From a bacterium (GTDB taxonomy: Bacteria; Patescibacteriota; Minisyncoccia; Phycocordibacterales; UBA2100), in NCBI GenBank assembly GCA_038128225.1, contig JAYPJF010000001.1, positions 2,155 to 66,154 of the forward strand: a DNA stretch of 64,000 nucleotides, given 5' to 3'. The position numbers were made by a program, and so were the translations under genes. Below the pieces are notes generated by a model. The model was not told the DNA's origin, did not search any database, and saw only the letters and a program-made list of their open reading frames with translations. Every line of letters begins with the position of its first letter. The first letter of the stretch is position 1. Below, one piece after another: positions 37,517 to 47,159 of the stretch.

Positions 37517-38170
37517 TCAAATCTTTGGCCACCGCCTCGCTGCCGGTGGCCATAGTTTTGTCAGCGGATGAGCAGCGCACTCATGTTTGCGTGCCGGGCA
37601 TACGTACCGCCCATAGAGAACTAGGCCGTTATTGACATACTTCCAATCTTTTTTTGGCACCAACGCCTCAAGATCTTTTGAGATTTTTTTAAGATCAGTA
37701 TGGGCACTAAGGGCAAAACGGTGTGCGAAGCGCTTCACATGGGTATCGGTGGGGATCCCCTCCCAACTATCGAATAGTTCCCCAATAATGACATGCGCTG
37801 TTTTATACCCCACCCCGGGGAGTTTTTGTAGTTCAGTAGCTGTTTTTGGCACGCGGCCAGCATGCTCGCGTGTCACTTTCTGCGCCGCCGAAATGATGTG
37901 GCGCGCTTTGTTACGGAAAAATGGAATGGACGATATCTCGCGGTCAAACACTTTGGGGTTAGCGTCTCCAAAACACGAGGGCTTTTTATACTTTTTGAAA
38001 AGTTCTTGCGTCACTTTATTTACTGCCTTGTCGGTACATTGTGCAGATAACACAACGGCCACCAAAAACTGGAACGGTGTTTTGTAGCGCAATTCACTTT
38101 TAGGAATTGGGTATGCTTTTTTCAAATAGGCAACAATGCGTCGCGCCCGTATTTTTTGTTCGTGAGACAC
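37517..38170 (-). CDS. nth: Endonuclease III with degenerate Fe-S motif
   Basis: LSAQCTDKAVN, LPGVGYKTA, DTHV; GTG start from TACACT-N6-GTG. Confidence 0.92.
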   Translation of the reverse strand: MSHEQKIRARRIVAYLKKAYPIPKSELRYKTPFQFLVAVVLSAQCTDKAVNKVTQELFKKYKKPSCFGDANPKVFDREISSIPFFRNKARHIISAAQKVTREHAGRVPKTATELQKLPGVGYKTAHVIIGELFDSWEGIPTDTHVKRFAHRFALSAHTDLKKISKDLEALVPKKDWKYVNNGLVLYGRYVCPARKHECAAHPLTKLWPPAARRWPKI

Positions 38171-38257
38171 GCAGCAAGTGTACCACTCATGTGCACTTGA
38201 CTTGAATCGTCTGAGCGACTGCGTATCCTTCAGACAGGCAATCATAAGGAGCTTGCC

Positions 38258-38704
38258 ATGAACGCCTTGCTTGGAAACCGTTTTTTTGCCGCATTACAAG
38301 AGGGTCATGCGGTGACATGCCCTTTTTCATGCGAAGCGCCTGTCGAATGGTACCGAAAAAACCAGGTCAAAAAAGTACCTGAGCATATACGTGGCGTTGT
38401 TGCATTACTTGGAAATATGCGCACTGAATCACCGTACCGGGTTGGCGAAGAGGGTTTTGACGATTATGTAACATATAAAAGTTTTGTTGAAATCCTAGTA
38501 TGCGGAGCAATTGGCGCGCCACCCCACACCAACATAGGTTTCTATGCGGAATGGGACATGGTCGTGGTGCTCCCTCAAGATCAGAGTGTGTGTACTGTGC
38601 GTAGAGCCGCGGCCGCTGTCGCGGCCTCGTTTTCTTTTTTATTCAAGCTTTTCGATTCGCAATCCAACGAGTCTAAGCGCTTTATTGCGTGGATTTTCTC
38701 TTGA
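38258..38704 (+). CDS. Hypothetical protein; 3' end runs antisense into dinB
   Basis: AAGGAG SD and TTGAAT..TATCCT upstream; 3' end uncertain. Confidence 0.55.
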   Translation: MNALLGNRFFAALQEGHAVTCPFSCEAPVEWYRKNQVKKVPEHIRGVVALLGNMRTESPYRVGEEGFDDYVTYKSFVEILVCGAIGAPPHTNIGFYAEWDMVVVLPQDQSVCTVRRAAAAVAASFSFLFKLFDSQSNESKRFIAWIFS

Positions 38705-39715
38705 TTCAAGAAACGACAGGATCAACTTGATCGCCTTGAGCTCTAGCTCTCGAAGCGTACCGCGCGGTTCCGACAACGTCAGCGACCGACTTACCGTTGT
38801 AAAATCAGAAAAACGCACGGTAAGCACCACGGTTTTGAATGACGTGAATCCTTCACGCGCAAAGGTACGCATAATGCGGCGCGCTTGATCCATCAGAACC
38901 TCTTGGATGTCTTGCAGGTTACGCGTATCCGTCTCAAAAGTATGATGCCGCCCAATCGAGAGCGGAGCTTCATGTTCCGCAACAACAGCGCGGTCGTCAA
39001 TTGCCCGCAATCGTTCATACAGAGAAAAGCCCCACTTCCCGAACATGCGACGCGCATCCTGCCATGCAAGCGCTTTTGCATCATGTACCGTTTTGAAACC
39101 TTTTTGTTTTAAGCGGGCCGCTGTTTTCGGTCCAATACCGGGAATTTCCTGGAGTGGAAGCGGGTCTAAAAACCGCTCGGCAGCACGAGTTGTTACGATC
39201 GTAAGACCGTTGGGCTTTTGTGTTCCTGCCGCTATTTTTGCAATGAGTTTATTTGGGCCGATACCGATCGATGCGGTCAGGCCACAGGTATCTCGAATAT
39301 CTTTCCTCAGAACTTCCGCAAGCCTGCGCGCCTGCGTATATGAACCTGTAAATGAAAGGTCTAGATACGCTTCATCAACACTTACCTGCTCAAGTACGCG
39401 CACGTGTTTACGAACCAGGGCAAAAACTTCCTGTGACGCTTTACTGTAACTGTGCATACCTGGTGTCACAAACACACACGCGGGATAACCAGCACAGCGT
39501 GCCGACTCACACAATTTCCAAGCTTTCGAAATTGGCATCGCGCTTCTTACGCCGTAGCGACGTGCGGCATAGCTCGCCGTAGAAACCACACCACGACCCC
39601 TACCGCCCTGCGGGTCGGATCCAACTATAATAGGCGCGCCTTTAAGATACGGCTTTTCACGCTCTTCGACAGACGCAAAAAAGGCGTCAAGATCTATATG
39701 TCCAATAATACGCAC
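38639..39715 (-). CDS. dinB: DNA polymerase IV
   Basis: HIDLDAFFASVE, ASYAARRYGVRSAM, SVDEAYLD, KLIAKIA, KPNG. Confidence 0.96.
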   Translation of the reverse strand: MRIIGHIDLDAFFASVEEREKPYLKGAPIIVGSDPQGGRGRGVVSTASYAARRYGVRSAMPISKAWKLCESARCAGYPACVFVTPGMHSYSKASQEVFALVRKHVRVLEQVSVDEAYLDLSFTGSYTQARRLAEVLRKDIRDTCGLTASIGIGPNKLIAKIAAGTQKPNGLTIVTTRAAERFLDPLPLQEIPGIGPKTAARLKQKGFKTVHDAKALAWQDARRMFGKWGFSLYERLRAIDDRAVVAEHEAPLSIGRHHTFETDTRNLQDIQEVLMDQARRIMRTFAREGFTSFKTVVLTVRFSDFTTVSRSLTLSEPRGTLRELELKAIKLILSFLESRENPRNKALRLVGLRIEKLE

Positions 39716-39719
39716 GCTG

Positions 39720-40172
39720 CTAGCGTACCTCATCAGCAGACATCACCAAAATCCCACTCGAATCACGTCGCCATAAAGCAAACGCGACAAAAAATAGTCC
39801 AAATGTGGTTCCAGCCGAGACAAGACAATACACGCACCACGCACCAATTAAAAAAGCTTGTACGTACAGAAAGTAGAGTGAGAAGAGAATGCCAACGCAT
39901 GACCATCCGAAGAAAAACAAACGCGTACGGTTACTATATGAGCTAAAGAGTAGCGCTGTTGCACATACCATGCCACCAAAAAATATCGCGCCAAGTAGCG
40001 AAAGCGGTACCCCAAATAGTACCGAGTGCGGACTATTTGCGACAATATTACACCCTTCGAGAATGTCGCACACCAAAGGAGTCCCACTCACGCGTTTCGC
40101 ATACAAAAACGTCGCGTCTGCAAGCCCAATGAAGCTTAAAAGCACTCCTGTCGTGCGCAACCAAAAATCCAT
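39720..40172 (-). CDS. Vitamin K epoxide reductase (VKOR) family protein
   Basis: C-x5-C..V..S..S..FGVP, WCVYC. Confidence 0.92.
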   Translation of the reverse strand: MDFWLRTTGVLLSFIGLADATFLYAKRVSGTPLVCDILEGCNIVANSPHSVLFGVPLSLLGAIFFGGMVCATALLFSSYSNRTRLFFFGWSCVGILFSLYFLYVQAFLIGAWCVYCLVSAGTTFGLFFVAFALWRRDSSGILVMSADEVR

Positions 40173-40190
40173 GCTCCTATTGTAGCCAAT

Positions 40191-41414
40191 TTAAAGGATA
40201 AAAGAACCGTCGCGATACACGATTTGTTGCGTTCCATTTTTCAAGTGGGCCGTTACGGTGCGCGGCGCAGTCGAAATGATGTCCGTGTGAACCGCCGAAT
40301 CATTGAACCCCAACTTCACCCAATCTGCTTTTTTTAGTTTCGCAGGATCACCCACAAGGGTATCTTTGTATGCCATGCCAAGTGCAATGTGTGTATTGCC
40401 TTGAGGTCCACCCATATTTTCGTCAAAAAGCGTATTCGCCATGAATTTCGTAATGCGAGAATGCCGTTTATCAGTGAGTGAAAACTCCCCAATTTTGTCA
40501 GCACCGGGAGTTGCGATCATTGCTTTAAGTACATGCTCATTCTGTTTTGCAGATGCGCGTATCACTTTTCCTTTTTTGAATTCGAGTTCGATACCTTCGA
40601 TCAAATTGCCGTATCGATACAATGGTTGATTGAATTTAATCCACCCTTCGGTACCACGCCAATCCGGTGATGTGAACAACTCAAAACTGGGAATGTTTCT
40701 TCCACCACCACCGAGCCACTGGCGCTTCTCACCAAGCGAGATCCACAAATCTACATCTACTCCCTCCACATGCAGGCGGTCGACTTTTTTCGATAGCGCG
40801 TTCATCTTCTTGCGTTGGGCGTCAATTTCCTTTTGAAATACTTTCCATTTCGCAACTGGGTCTGTTTCGTCGAGATAGCACGCCTTGATGATTTGTTGCC
40901 AATACTCTTCTTCGGTGAGGCGCGCCTCTTTTGCCATCGCTGGTGTGCCATAGAGACAGAGTGACCACGTGAGTTTTCCTTGATTTTCTTTTTCAGTGCG
41001 CCACTCCATAAACGGTTTTACCGCCTTCCCTTTTTCCATAATCTTCTTAGGATCCACACCTTTGAGTTCGTGTGGGTTCGCGTCCGCGATGATATAGAGA
41101 TAGTGGTCAATTTCATCGACTAAACCTCGCATGTACTTTTTTGGAAAATGCTTGAGTTGGTGGGGTTTTGCGCGCTCATAAAAGTCGCGAGAGACTTGGT
41201 AGCGATCAGAACTTGCGGGCATGTAATTAGTTATCACGTGACCGCCGGCATCCAAGATTTCGTTGCGAATAGCGATAAACAATGGCTTCGCATCCTCAGT
41301 TGACACAAGATACACTGTATCGCCTGACTTGATTCCGTTTCCTCCCCCAAGGGCAAAGCGCACCATAACCTTGGCGTATCGTTTTAATATTTGTTCGCTT
41401 GGTGTATAGATCAT
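40191..41414 (-). CDS. Aminopeptidase, M29 (AmpS/AmpT) family
   Basis: NIPSFELFTSP, IGEFSL, LFDEN, HIALG, NDSAVHTD. Confidence 0.93.
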   Translation of the reverse strand: MIYTPSEQILKRYAKVMVRFALGGGNGIKSGDTVYLVSTEDAKPLFIAIRNEILDAGGHVITNYMPASSDRYQVSRDFYERAKPHQLKHFPKKYMRGLVDEIDHYLYIIADANPHELKGVDPKKIMEKGKAVKPFMEWRTEKENQGKLTWSLCLYGTPAMAKEARLTEEEYWQQIIKACYLDETDPVAKWKVFQKEIDAQRKKMNALSKKVDRLHVEGVDVDLWISLGEKRQWLGGGGRNIPSFELFTSPDWRGTEGWIKFNQPLYRYGNLIEGIELEFKKGKVIRASAKQNEHVLKAMIATPGADKIGEFSLTDKRHSRITKFMANTLFDENMGGPQGNTHIALGMAYKDTLVGDPAKLKKADWVKLGFNDSAVHTDIISTAPRTVTAHLKNGTQQIVYRDGSFIL

Positions 41415-41496
41415 GCGGGGATTATACACATAGTTGCATTTCACGAAAGCGCAGCGTATGGTGCGTATTAGCATGAACAACACGTAGGAGGTTGAG

Positions 41497-41823
41497 ATGC
41501 CCCGTGCGTTTCGAATCATCATGGCGCTACTTGTGGTGTTGGCGGCGCTGTGTTTCTACATAGCTTTTTTCCTCACAGAAGCGCGCGCGCACAGCTGGTA
41601 CGATCCGGAATGTTGCAGCGGTAAAGATTGCCGCCCCGCCAAAGACGTGGTCGTGAGAGACGACGGGAGTATCGTTATCACTACCGAAGATGGCATATCG
41701 GTGATCGTGCCACCTTCTTTGCCTCGGCGTCAATCGCACGACAACAAATGGCACGTGTGTCCGTATCCTTCGTCAGAATTGGTACTTCGCGCGCGGTGTG
41801 TCTACGAGCCCGGAAATGTATGA
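41497..41823 (+). CDS. Small secreted Cys-rich hypothetical protein
   Basis: Signal peptide then HSWYDPECCSGKDCRP..SHDNKWHVC..RC; AGGAGG SD; hairpin at 41830-41855. Confidence 0.78.
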   Translation: MPRAFRIIMALLVVLAALCFYIAFFLTEARAHSWYDPECCSGKDCRPAKDVVVRDDGSIVITTEDGISVIVPPSLPRRQSHDNKWHVCPYPSSELVLRARCVYEPGNV

Positions 41824-41868
41824 TCTCGAGCGCCCCAGCAAATCCGCTGGGGCGCGTACTATACATAC

Positions 41869-42579
41869 CTATCGCAATTTAAATGTCGCACGAGCAGTTA
41901 CCATGACATCTTTCTCTATTGAAGACGTGTCGTATTGCCCATAGTCTGCTACTTCGATTGAGTTGGGGGCGAGTACTTGCACTACCCCGCTTGATGCCTG
42001 CTGCATTTTCCCCACATTCTGGCCAAGCGCACCGGCGATCTCATCAGCGCGTTTCTTTGCATCTTTAACAGCCTCGCCCAACAAACGCACGCGTAATTCG
42101 GGCAAATTTGACACATAAAACTCTGGCGCCTGTGGCGAGAATGAAACGCCTTGCTGCGCAAGTACCAAAGTATTTTGGGACATAGTGTTCACGCGAGAAA
42201 CATCAGGACTCGTGACCGTCACATTCTGCCGCACTGCAAGACGACGTCCATTGTCGTAGTTACCTCCGTAGTACTCATCAACAAAAATCGGGGAAACAAC
42301 AATTTGTTCGGGCGTCACGCCATTGTCAGCCAAAAATTTCTTTATACGCGCCGTATCAGCTGCTACCTGGCTATACGCGCCAGAGACTCCACCTTCGTAC
42401 ACCACACGCTCAGCGCGGAGCGTCCACTTTGCAGTATCTGCCTGCACCCGTTCTTTTGCAGACCCGGTCGCTGACAATGTATCTGTAGAACGCGCTGCAT
42501 AAAAGGTCCAAGAGCCAATAATCGAAGACAGTACCAATGCGCCTCCCAAGATCCATGCCCCCACATGAGTTTTTTCCAT
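41869..42579 (-). CDS. SIMPL (DUF541) domain protein
   Basis: ATGSAKERVQAD, AVKDAKKRADEIA, YDTSSIEKDV. Confidence 0.9.
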   Translation of the reverse strand: MEKTHVGAWILGGALVLSSIIGSWTFYAARSTDTLSATGSAKERVQADTAKWTLRAERVVYEGGVSGAYSQVAADTARIKKFLADNGVTPEQIVVSPIFVDEYYGGNYDNGRRLAVRQNVTVTSPDVSRVNTMSQNTLVLAQQGVSFSPQAPEFYVSNLPELRVRLLGEAVKDAKKRADEIAGALGQNVGKMQQASSGVVQVLAPNSIEVADYGQYDTSSIEKDVMVTARATFKLR

Positions 42580-42628
42580 GCCGCCAGTATATCTCTGGTT
42601 TTAGATTTGTCAGCAGTATACTAGGCTC

Positions 42629-44089
42629 GTGTCTCGTATAATTCTATTTACTGCCATAGTAATTTTTGTGCTGTTTTTAGTTATTAGTACGTGGCTTACG
42701 CTGCCAAAGCACTACATTGTTACGCGTACTGAAACTGGGTTTTCTCCGAAAGAGCTGCACATCCAAAAAGGCGACTTGATCACATTCACATCAACGCGTG
42801 CTATTCCGTATTGGCCAGCATCAGACTACCACCCAAGTCACGGTCGCTACCCTGCATTTGACCCTGGGCACGAACTTGGCCCTGATGAAACATGGACTTT
42901 CGTTTTCGACAAAGCCGGAGTTTGGAGCATGCACGACCATCTTGATGCAACTGTTACGGGCACAATTTTTGTTCTCGGTGATGAAGGCGAAAGTATCGCA
43001 TCGTGTCTCGAAACCAACACCGACACTCTGCGAGAAGTGTGTTGGGAGGGCGAACTTAAAGTAGCGATTGAGCGCGGCGGTCTCGCCGAAGGTTTTAGAA
43101 AATTTTCAGCATGGTACGCGAACGACCCACAGTTTCAGAGAAATTGTCACGATATAGGACACGTCTTGGGAAAAGTTGCCTATGCGCAATTCAAAGAAAC
43201 TGGCATCAGTGTTGTCGAGCCAGAAACTACGTACTGTGGCTACGGTTTCTATCATGGTTTTATAGAAGCCGCGACTCAAAGTACGGGGGCTTTCGACTTG
43301 AAAGAAGCTGTTGACTATTGTTATGCGCTTGCGGAGAATCCCAAAATTACAAATAAAATCGTCGCACACAATATTTCTGGCGCATGCTTCCATGGTCTTG
43401 GTCATGCGGTATTTGATTCAGTGAACAGTTCTTTGTGGGGAGATGACCGCGCCATGGTGCACTCGTCGCTCCAAGCATGTGAGAATGCGATTGGTAAGGA
43501 ATGGGAGCGCGGCCGGTGTGCTTCTGGCGTTTTTAATTCGCTTGCCGGCGCATACAGTGACCGTGCGTACAAACTCGATTTCAATGATTCAGAACCTCTT
43601 CGTGCCTGCACCGCAGGATCACTCGATTACCACAGCGAGTGTTCGCAAGAAATAGGTATCGGTTACGTGCGCGATAGAAATAAAACCATCGAGGAGAGCC
43701 TCGACTTCTTTGCTCGTATCGGGATTGCCTCCTCGACACTCGACACTATCAACGCATACATGGGCGACGAAATTCGTCGCAATCGATCTCGAACTGATTT
43801 CAGCATACAAGCGTATGTTACTGTATGCGAGCATATTCGTGACTATGAACAGGCGCGGTCCTGCGTACAGGGACTCGTCGAGGGTTTCTCATTAAGTTCG
43901 CCTGCGGGTGAAGAAACAACACATACACTGGACTCGTGTGTACTGTATACAAATAGCGCCCTCCGTTCTTTTTGTTTTAATGAAGCGGGCACTGAGGTCG
44001 AAGCATACCGCGGACGTGCTGCGTTACCAGAGTGGTGCGCAACGCTCAGCGCAGCAGATAGAACTGCAGTTACCGTGTGCGCTCTGTAA
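42629..44089 (+). CDS. Membrane-anchored cupredoxin-like domain plus Cys/His helical repeats
   Basis: GFSPKELHIQKGDLITF..WTFVFDKAGVWSMHDH; CHDIGH, YHG, CFHGLGH repeats. Confidence 0.75.
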   Translation: MSRIILFTAIVIFVLFLVISTWLTLPKHYIVTRTETGFSPKELHIQKGDLITFTSTRAIPYWPASDYHPSHGRYPAFDPGHELGPDETWTFVFDKAGVWSMHDHLDATVTGTIFVLGDEGESIASCLETNTDTLREVCWEGELKVAIERGGLAEGFRKFSAWYANDPQFQRNCHDIGHVLGKVAYAQFKETGISVVEPETTYCGYGFYHGFIEAATQSTGAFDLKEAVDYCYALAENPKITNKIVAHNISGACFHGLGHAVFDSVNSSLWGDDRAMVHSSLQACENAIGKEWERGRCASGVFNSLAGAYSDRAYKLDFNDSEPLRACTAGSLDYHSECSQEIGIGYVRDRNKTIEESLDFFARIGIASSTLDTINAYMGDEIRRNRSRTDFSIQAYVTVCEHIRDYEQARSCVQGLVEGFSLSSPAGEETTHTLDSCVLYTNSALRSFCFNEAGTEVEAYRGRAALPEWCATLSAADRTAVTVCAL

Positions 44090-44480
44090 CGTCAGTGGTT
44101 ACACCGTCAAAGTGTTCGTCATCACTCTCCGCTTCCGCTCTAGTCGCGTGCCACACCTGATCACGATGATGTGGCGGCGAGTAGAGTGTATATAATTTCA
44201 AGTCACTCGTTCCGGTGTTTACAATGTTATGCTCGGTCCCTGCCGGAATTATAATAACCGAGTCATCAGCGAGTGCGTATTCTTTCGCATTGAGAATTGC
44301 TTTTCCTTCTCCTCGTTCAATCCGAATAAACTGATCTGTATCTTCGTGTGTTTCCATACCAATCTCCCCACCAACGGGGATACTCATCACCACTAATTGT
44401 GTGTGGCGCGCAGTATACAGTACTTTGCGAAACAAGTTATTTTCAAGCGTTTCCTTCTGGATGTTAGCAACATAACCCAT
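44070..44480 (-). CDS. Cupin domain protein
   Basis: QLVVMSI..EIGMETH..DQFIRIE..IPAGTEHNIVN..YSPPHH. Confidence 0.92.
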   Translation of the reverse strand: MGYVANIQKETLENNLFRKVLYTARHTQLVVMSIPVGGEIGMETHEDTDQFIRIERGEGKAILNAKEYALADDSVIIIPAGTEHNIVNTGTSDLKLYTLYSPPHHRDQVWHATRAEAESDDEHFDGVTTDVTERTR

Positions 44481-44544
44481 GACCTAAGTATAAGCTGCCT
44501 AGAAAATTTTCAAAACACCAATGGCAGTGCATCGGTTTCTGTTT

Positions 44545-45270
44545 TTACTCTGCCCAGCATTTAATAGCCTGTATCGATTCGTCCTCAAGAAAATCTCCTG
44601 AACGCTGCTGCTCTGTTGCCCATGCGGTTACCAAAGCGTCTTTACTAAACGTACCGATTTTTTTATCACTCGCAATCCTCTCATATGCGCGTAGAGATAT
44701 CGCCCTAAGCCATCTCGAAAAAATTTCATGCGAGGGAAAGATGGCGAATAAGTTACACTCATACTTTTCCTTGAGAATTCGCGCGCAGTGTATCGCTTCA
44801 GCCCACGCGTTCCGTTCATGATGGATTAACTCTTGAACCGCCCGTGCGGACATGTTCTGTACCAAAGATTCGCCGAGGCTTTCCCACCATTCCATATCCT
44901 TATACACAATGTCGTGTTCTTTGCGTTTTTCTTGTGACATTTTCCTCCACCTTATTATGTGCCCAATTTCATGCAGGATAACAAAAATGTATCTCTTGTC
45001 TGCAGCTGCTTCCATTTTTATGCGCACCAGAGCTTGATTCACTTTTGCCGCCGTTGAACTACCAGAAACAAAGGTTATGTCCCCAAAAACTTGACTTAAA
45101 TCTATACACACCTGCTTTGAATCAAATAATGTAATCGATAGCGATTCTTCTTTAGTGGCTTCCGAATCTGTATTTTGACTTATGAGCAGCTTCCACTCCG
45201 GTGTAAGATTTTGCTCATAAATAACTGGGGACTTTTCAGCTAGATCACGCCTCGACACCTTCTCAAGCAT
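44545..45270 (-). CDS. Hypothetical protein with HExxH zinc-peptidase-like motif
   Basis: ILHEIGH and a downstream ERNAW; TATAAT-N6-ATG start. Confidence 0.65.
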   Translation of the reverse strand: MLEKVSRRDLAEKSPVIYEQNLTPEWKLLISQNTDSEATKEESLSITLFDSKQVCIDLSQVFGDITFVSGSSTAAKVNQALVRIKMEAAADKRYIFVILHEIGHIIRWRKMSQEKRKEHDIVYKDMEWWESLGESLVQNMSARAVQELIHHERNAWAEAIHCARILKEKYECNLFAIFPSHEIFSRWLRAISLRAYERIASDKKIGTFSKDALVTAWATEQQRSGDFLEDESIQAIKCWAE

Positions 45271-45287
45271 GCGCTGATTATACACGT

Positions 45288-47075
45288 CTAGTTCGTACGG
45301 CGTGCTTTTGCGCGATCGTTCTCGGTAAGATACTGCTTGCGTAGCCGCACGCTCTTCGGTGTTATTTCTAAATACTCGTCTTCAGCCATAACTTCCAGTC
45401 CCCGCTCAATCGTCAGCTCATAAGGCGGTACCAACACAATTGCATCATCAGATCCTGATGCGCGCATGTTGCTAAGTTGTTTTGCTTTAGTAGGATTGAC
45501 CGTCATTTCTTCACCTTTTGACGTGTTCCCCACAACCATACCTTCATACACTTCAACACCGGGGCCAATGTACATAATCCCGCGTTCTTGGAGATTCCAT
45601 AACGCAAACCCAAGCGCCTTGCCAGACATCATGGAAATCATTGAACCCGTCTGCCGCTTCGTAATTGTTCCCTCAAAGTGTTTGAATCCAACTACGCGAC
45701 TTGCCATGATTCCCTCTCCTTTTGTATCAATAACAAACTGATTCCGATACCCTAAAAGTCCCCGAGTCGGGCCTTCAAACGTGAGTCGCACCGTCTCATG
45801 TTGGACCAAATTTGAAAGCACAAACCCGCGCTGCCCCAGTCGCTCGATGATTGTGCCCTGGTACTCCGAAGGGGTATCGATAATGACTTCCTCGAAAGGC
45901 TCGATGGTAACACCGTTTTCTTCTTTGGTGATTACTTGCGGCTGCGAGACCTGCACTTCATATCCTTCACGGCGCATATTTTCAAGCAGAATAGCAACAT
46001 GTAGCTCGCCACGCCCTGAAACTTTAAAGATATCGTTGCTAGAAAAATCGACGCGCAGCCCCACGTTTATTTCTAATTCTCGCTCCAAACGCTCCCGAAT
46101 CTGTCGCGTGGTTACATATTTTCCATCGCGCCCAGCAAACGGCGAGTTGTTAACCAGAAAATACAGAGAGATTGTCGGTTCGTCTACGGCAATTGCAGGC
46201 AATGGTTCCACGTCAGCCTGCGCTGCGATCGTTTCGCCAATTTCCACATCAGAAATTCCGGCAATCATAACAATGTCACCCGCGGTCGCGTTTTTTGTTT
46301 CAATACGCCCTAGCCCTTCAAACGTAAACATTTTGGTAAGTCTCCCTTGGCGTACTTCGCCCAAAGGTTTCCGTATAATGACTGGTGCAGTATCCGTAAG
46401 TGTACCTTCGTATATGCGTGCTACCGCCATGCGCCCGAGAAAATTGTCATACGCGAGATTGAATGGTTGCATGCGCAGCGGCTTCTCCGCAGCGCCTTGT
46501 GCTGACGCAACAGGAACTTTTTCTAGAATCATGTCGAGAAGCGGCGTCAGATCTTTCGAATCATCCGTGAGCGCTCGTTTCGCTATACCCTCGCGGCCAA
46601 TTGCATACACAACAGGAAATTCACACTGTTCATTATTTGCACCAAGTTCCAAGAAAAGTTCCAACACCTGCTCTTCACAGCGCGCGGGGTCCGCTGCCGG
46701 CTTGTCTATCTTATTGATAACAACGATCGGCTTGAGCCCGAGCTCGAGAGATTTTTTGAGCACGAAACGCGTCTGCGGCATTGGCCCCTCTTGCGCGTCC
46801 ACCACCAGAAGCACTGAATCAATCGAGCGGAGTACGCGCTCCACTTCTGAACCAAAGTCGGCGTGGCCAGGCGTGTCAACAATGTTTATCTTAGTCCCTT
46901 TGTACATCACCGCGGCGTTTTTTGCGTAAATGGTGATGCCCCGCTCTTGTTCGAGTTTGTTCGAATCCATCGAAACCCCAACCTCTGCCGCACCCGTCTG
47001 CCGCAAAATGGCATCGGTGAGCGTTGTCTTCCCGTGGTCAACGTGGGCAATAATGGCGATGTTGCGGATTTCCAT
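45288..47075 (-). CDS. typA: Ribosome-associated GTPase TypA/BipA
   Basis: [45 protein letters not shown]. Confidence 0.97.
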   Translation of the reverse strand: MEIRNIAIIAHVDHGKTTLTDAILRQTGAAEVGVSMDSNKLEQERGITIYAKNAAVMYKGTKINIVDTPGHADFGSEVERVLRSIDSVLLVVDAQEGPMPQTRFVLKKSLELGLKPIVVINKIDKPAADPARCEEQVLELFLELGANNEQCEFPVVYAIGREGIAKRALTDDSKDLTPLLDMILEKVPVASAQGAAEKPLRMQPFNLAYDNFLGRMAVARIYEGTLTDTAPVIIRKPLGEVRQGRLTKMFTFEGLGRIETKNATAGDIVMIAGISDVEIGETIAAQADVEPLPAIAVDEPTISLYFLVNNSPFAGRDGKYVTTRQIRERLERELEINVGLRVDFSSNDIFKVSGRGELHVAILLENMRREGYEVQVSQPQVITKEENGVTIEPFEEVIIDTPSEYQGTIIERLGQRGFVLSNLVQHETVRLTFEGPTRGLLGYRNQFVIDTKGEGIMASRVVGFKHFEGTITKRQTGSMISMMSGKALGFALWNLQERGIMYIGPGVEVYEGMVVGNTSKGEEMTVNPTKAKQLSNMRASGSDDAIVLVPPYELTIERGLEVMAEDEYLEITPKSVRLRKQYLTENDRAKARRTN

Positions 47076-47159
47076 ATAAAAAGCCTCGCGCGCGAGGCAA
47101 GTTGCACCATAGTACTCCAGAATCGTCAAAATACAACGGTTAACAAAATCAACACCCTC

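Noticed and set aside
45781-46929. Long antisense ORFs (382 aa opposite typA; similar ones opposite groEL, nrdJ, rnj, oppA)
   Set aside because: Shadow frames of conserved genes with no motifs or initiation signals.
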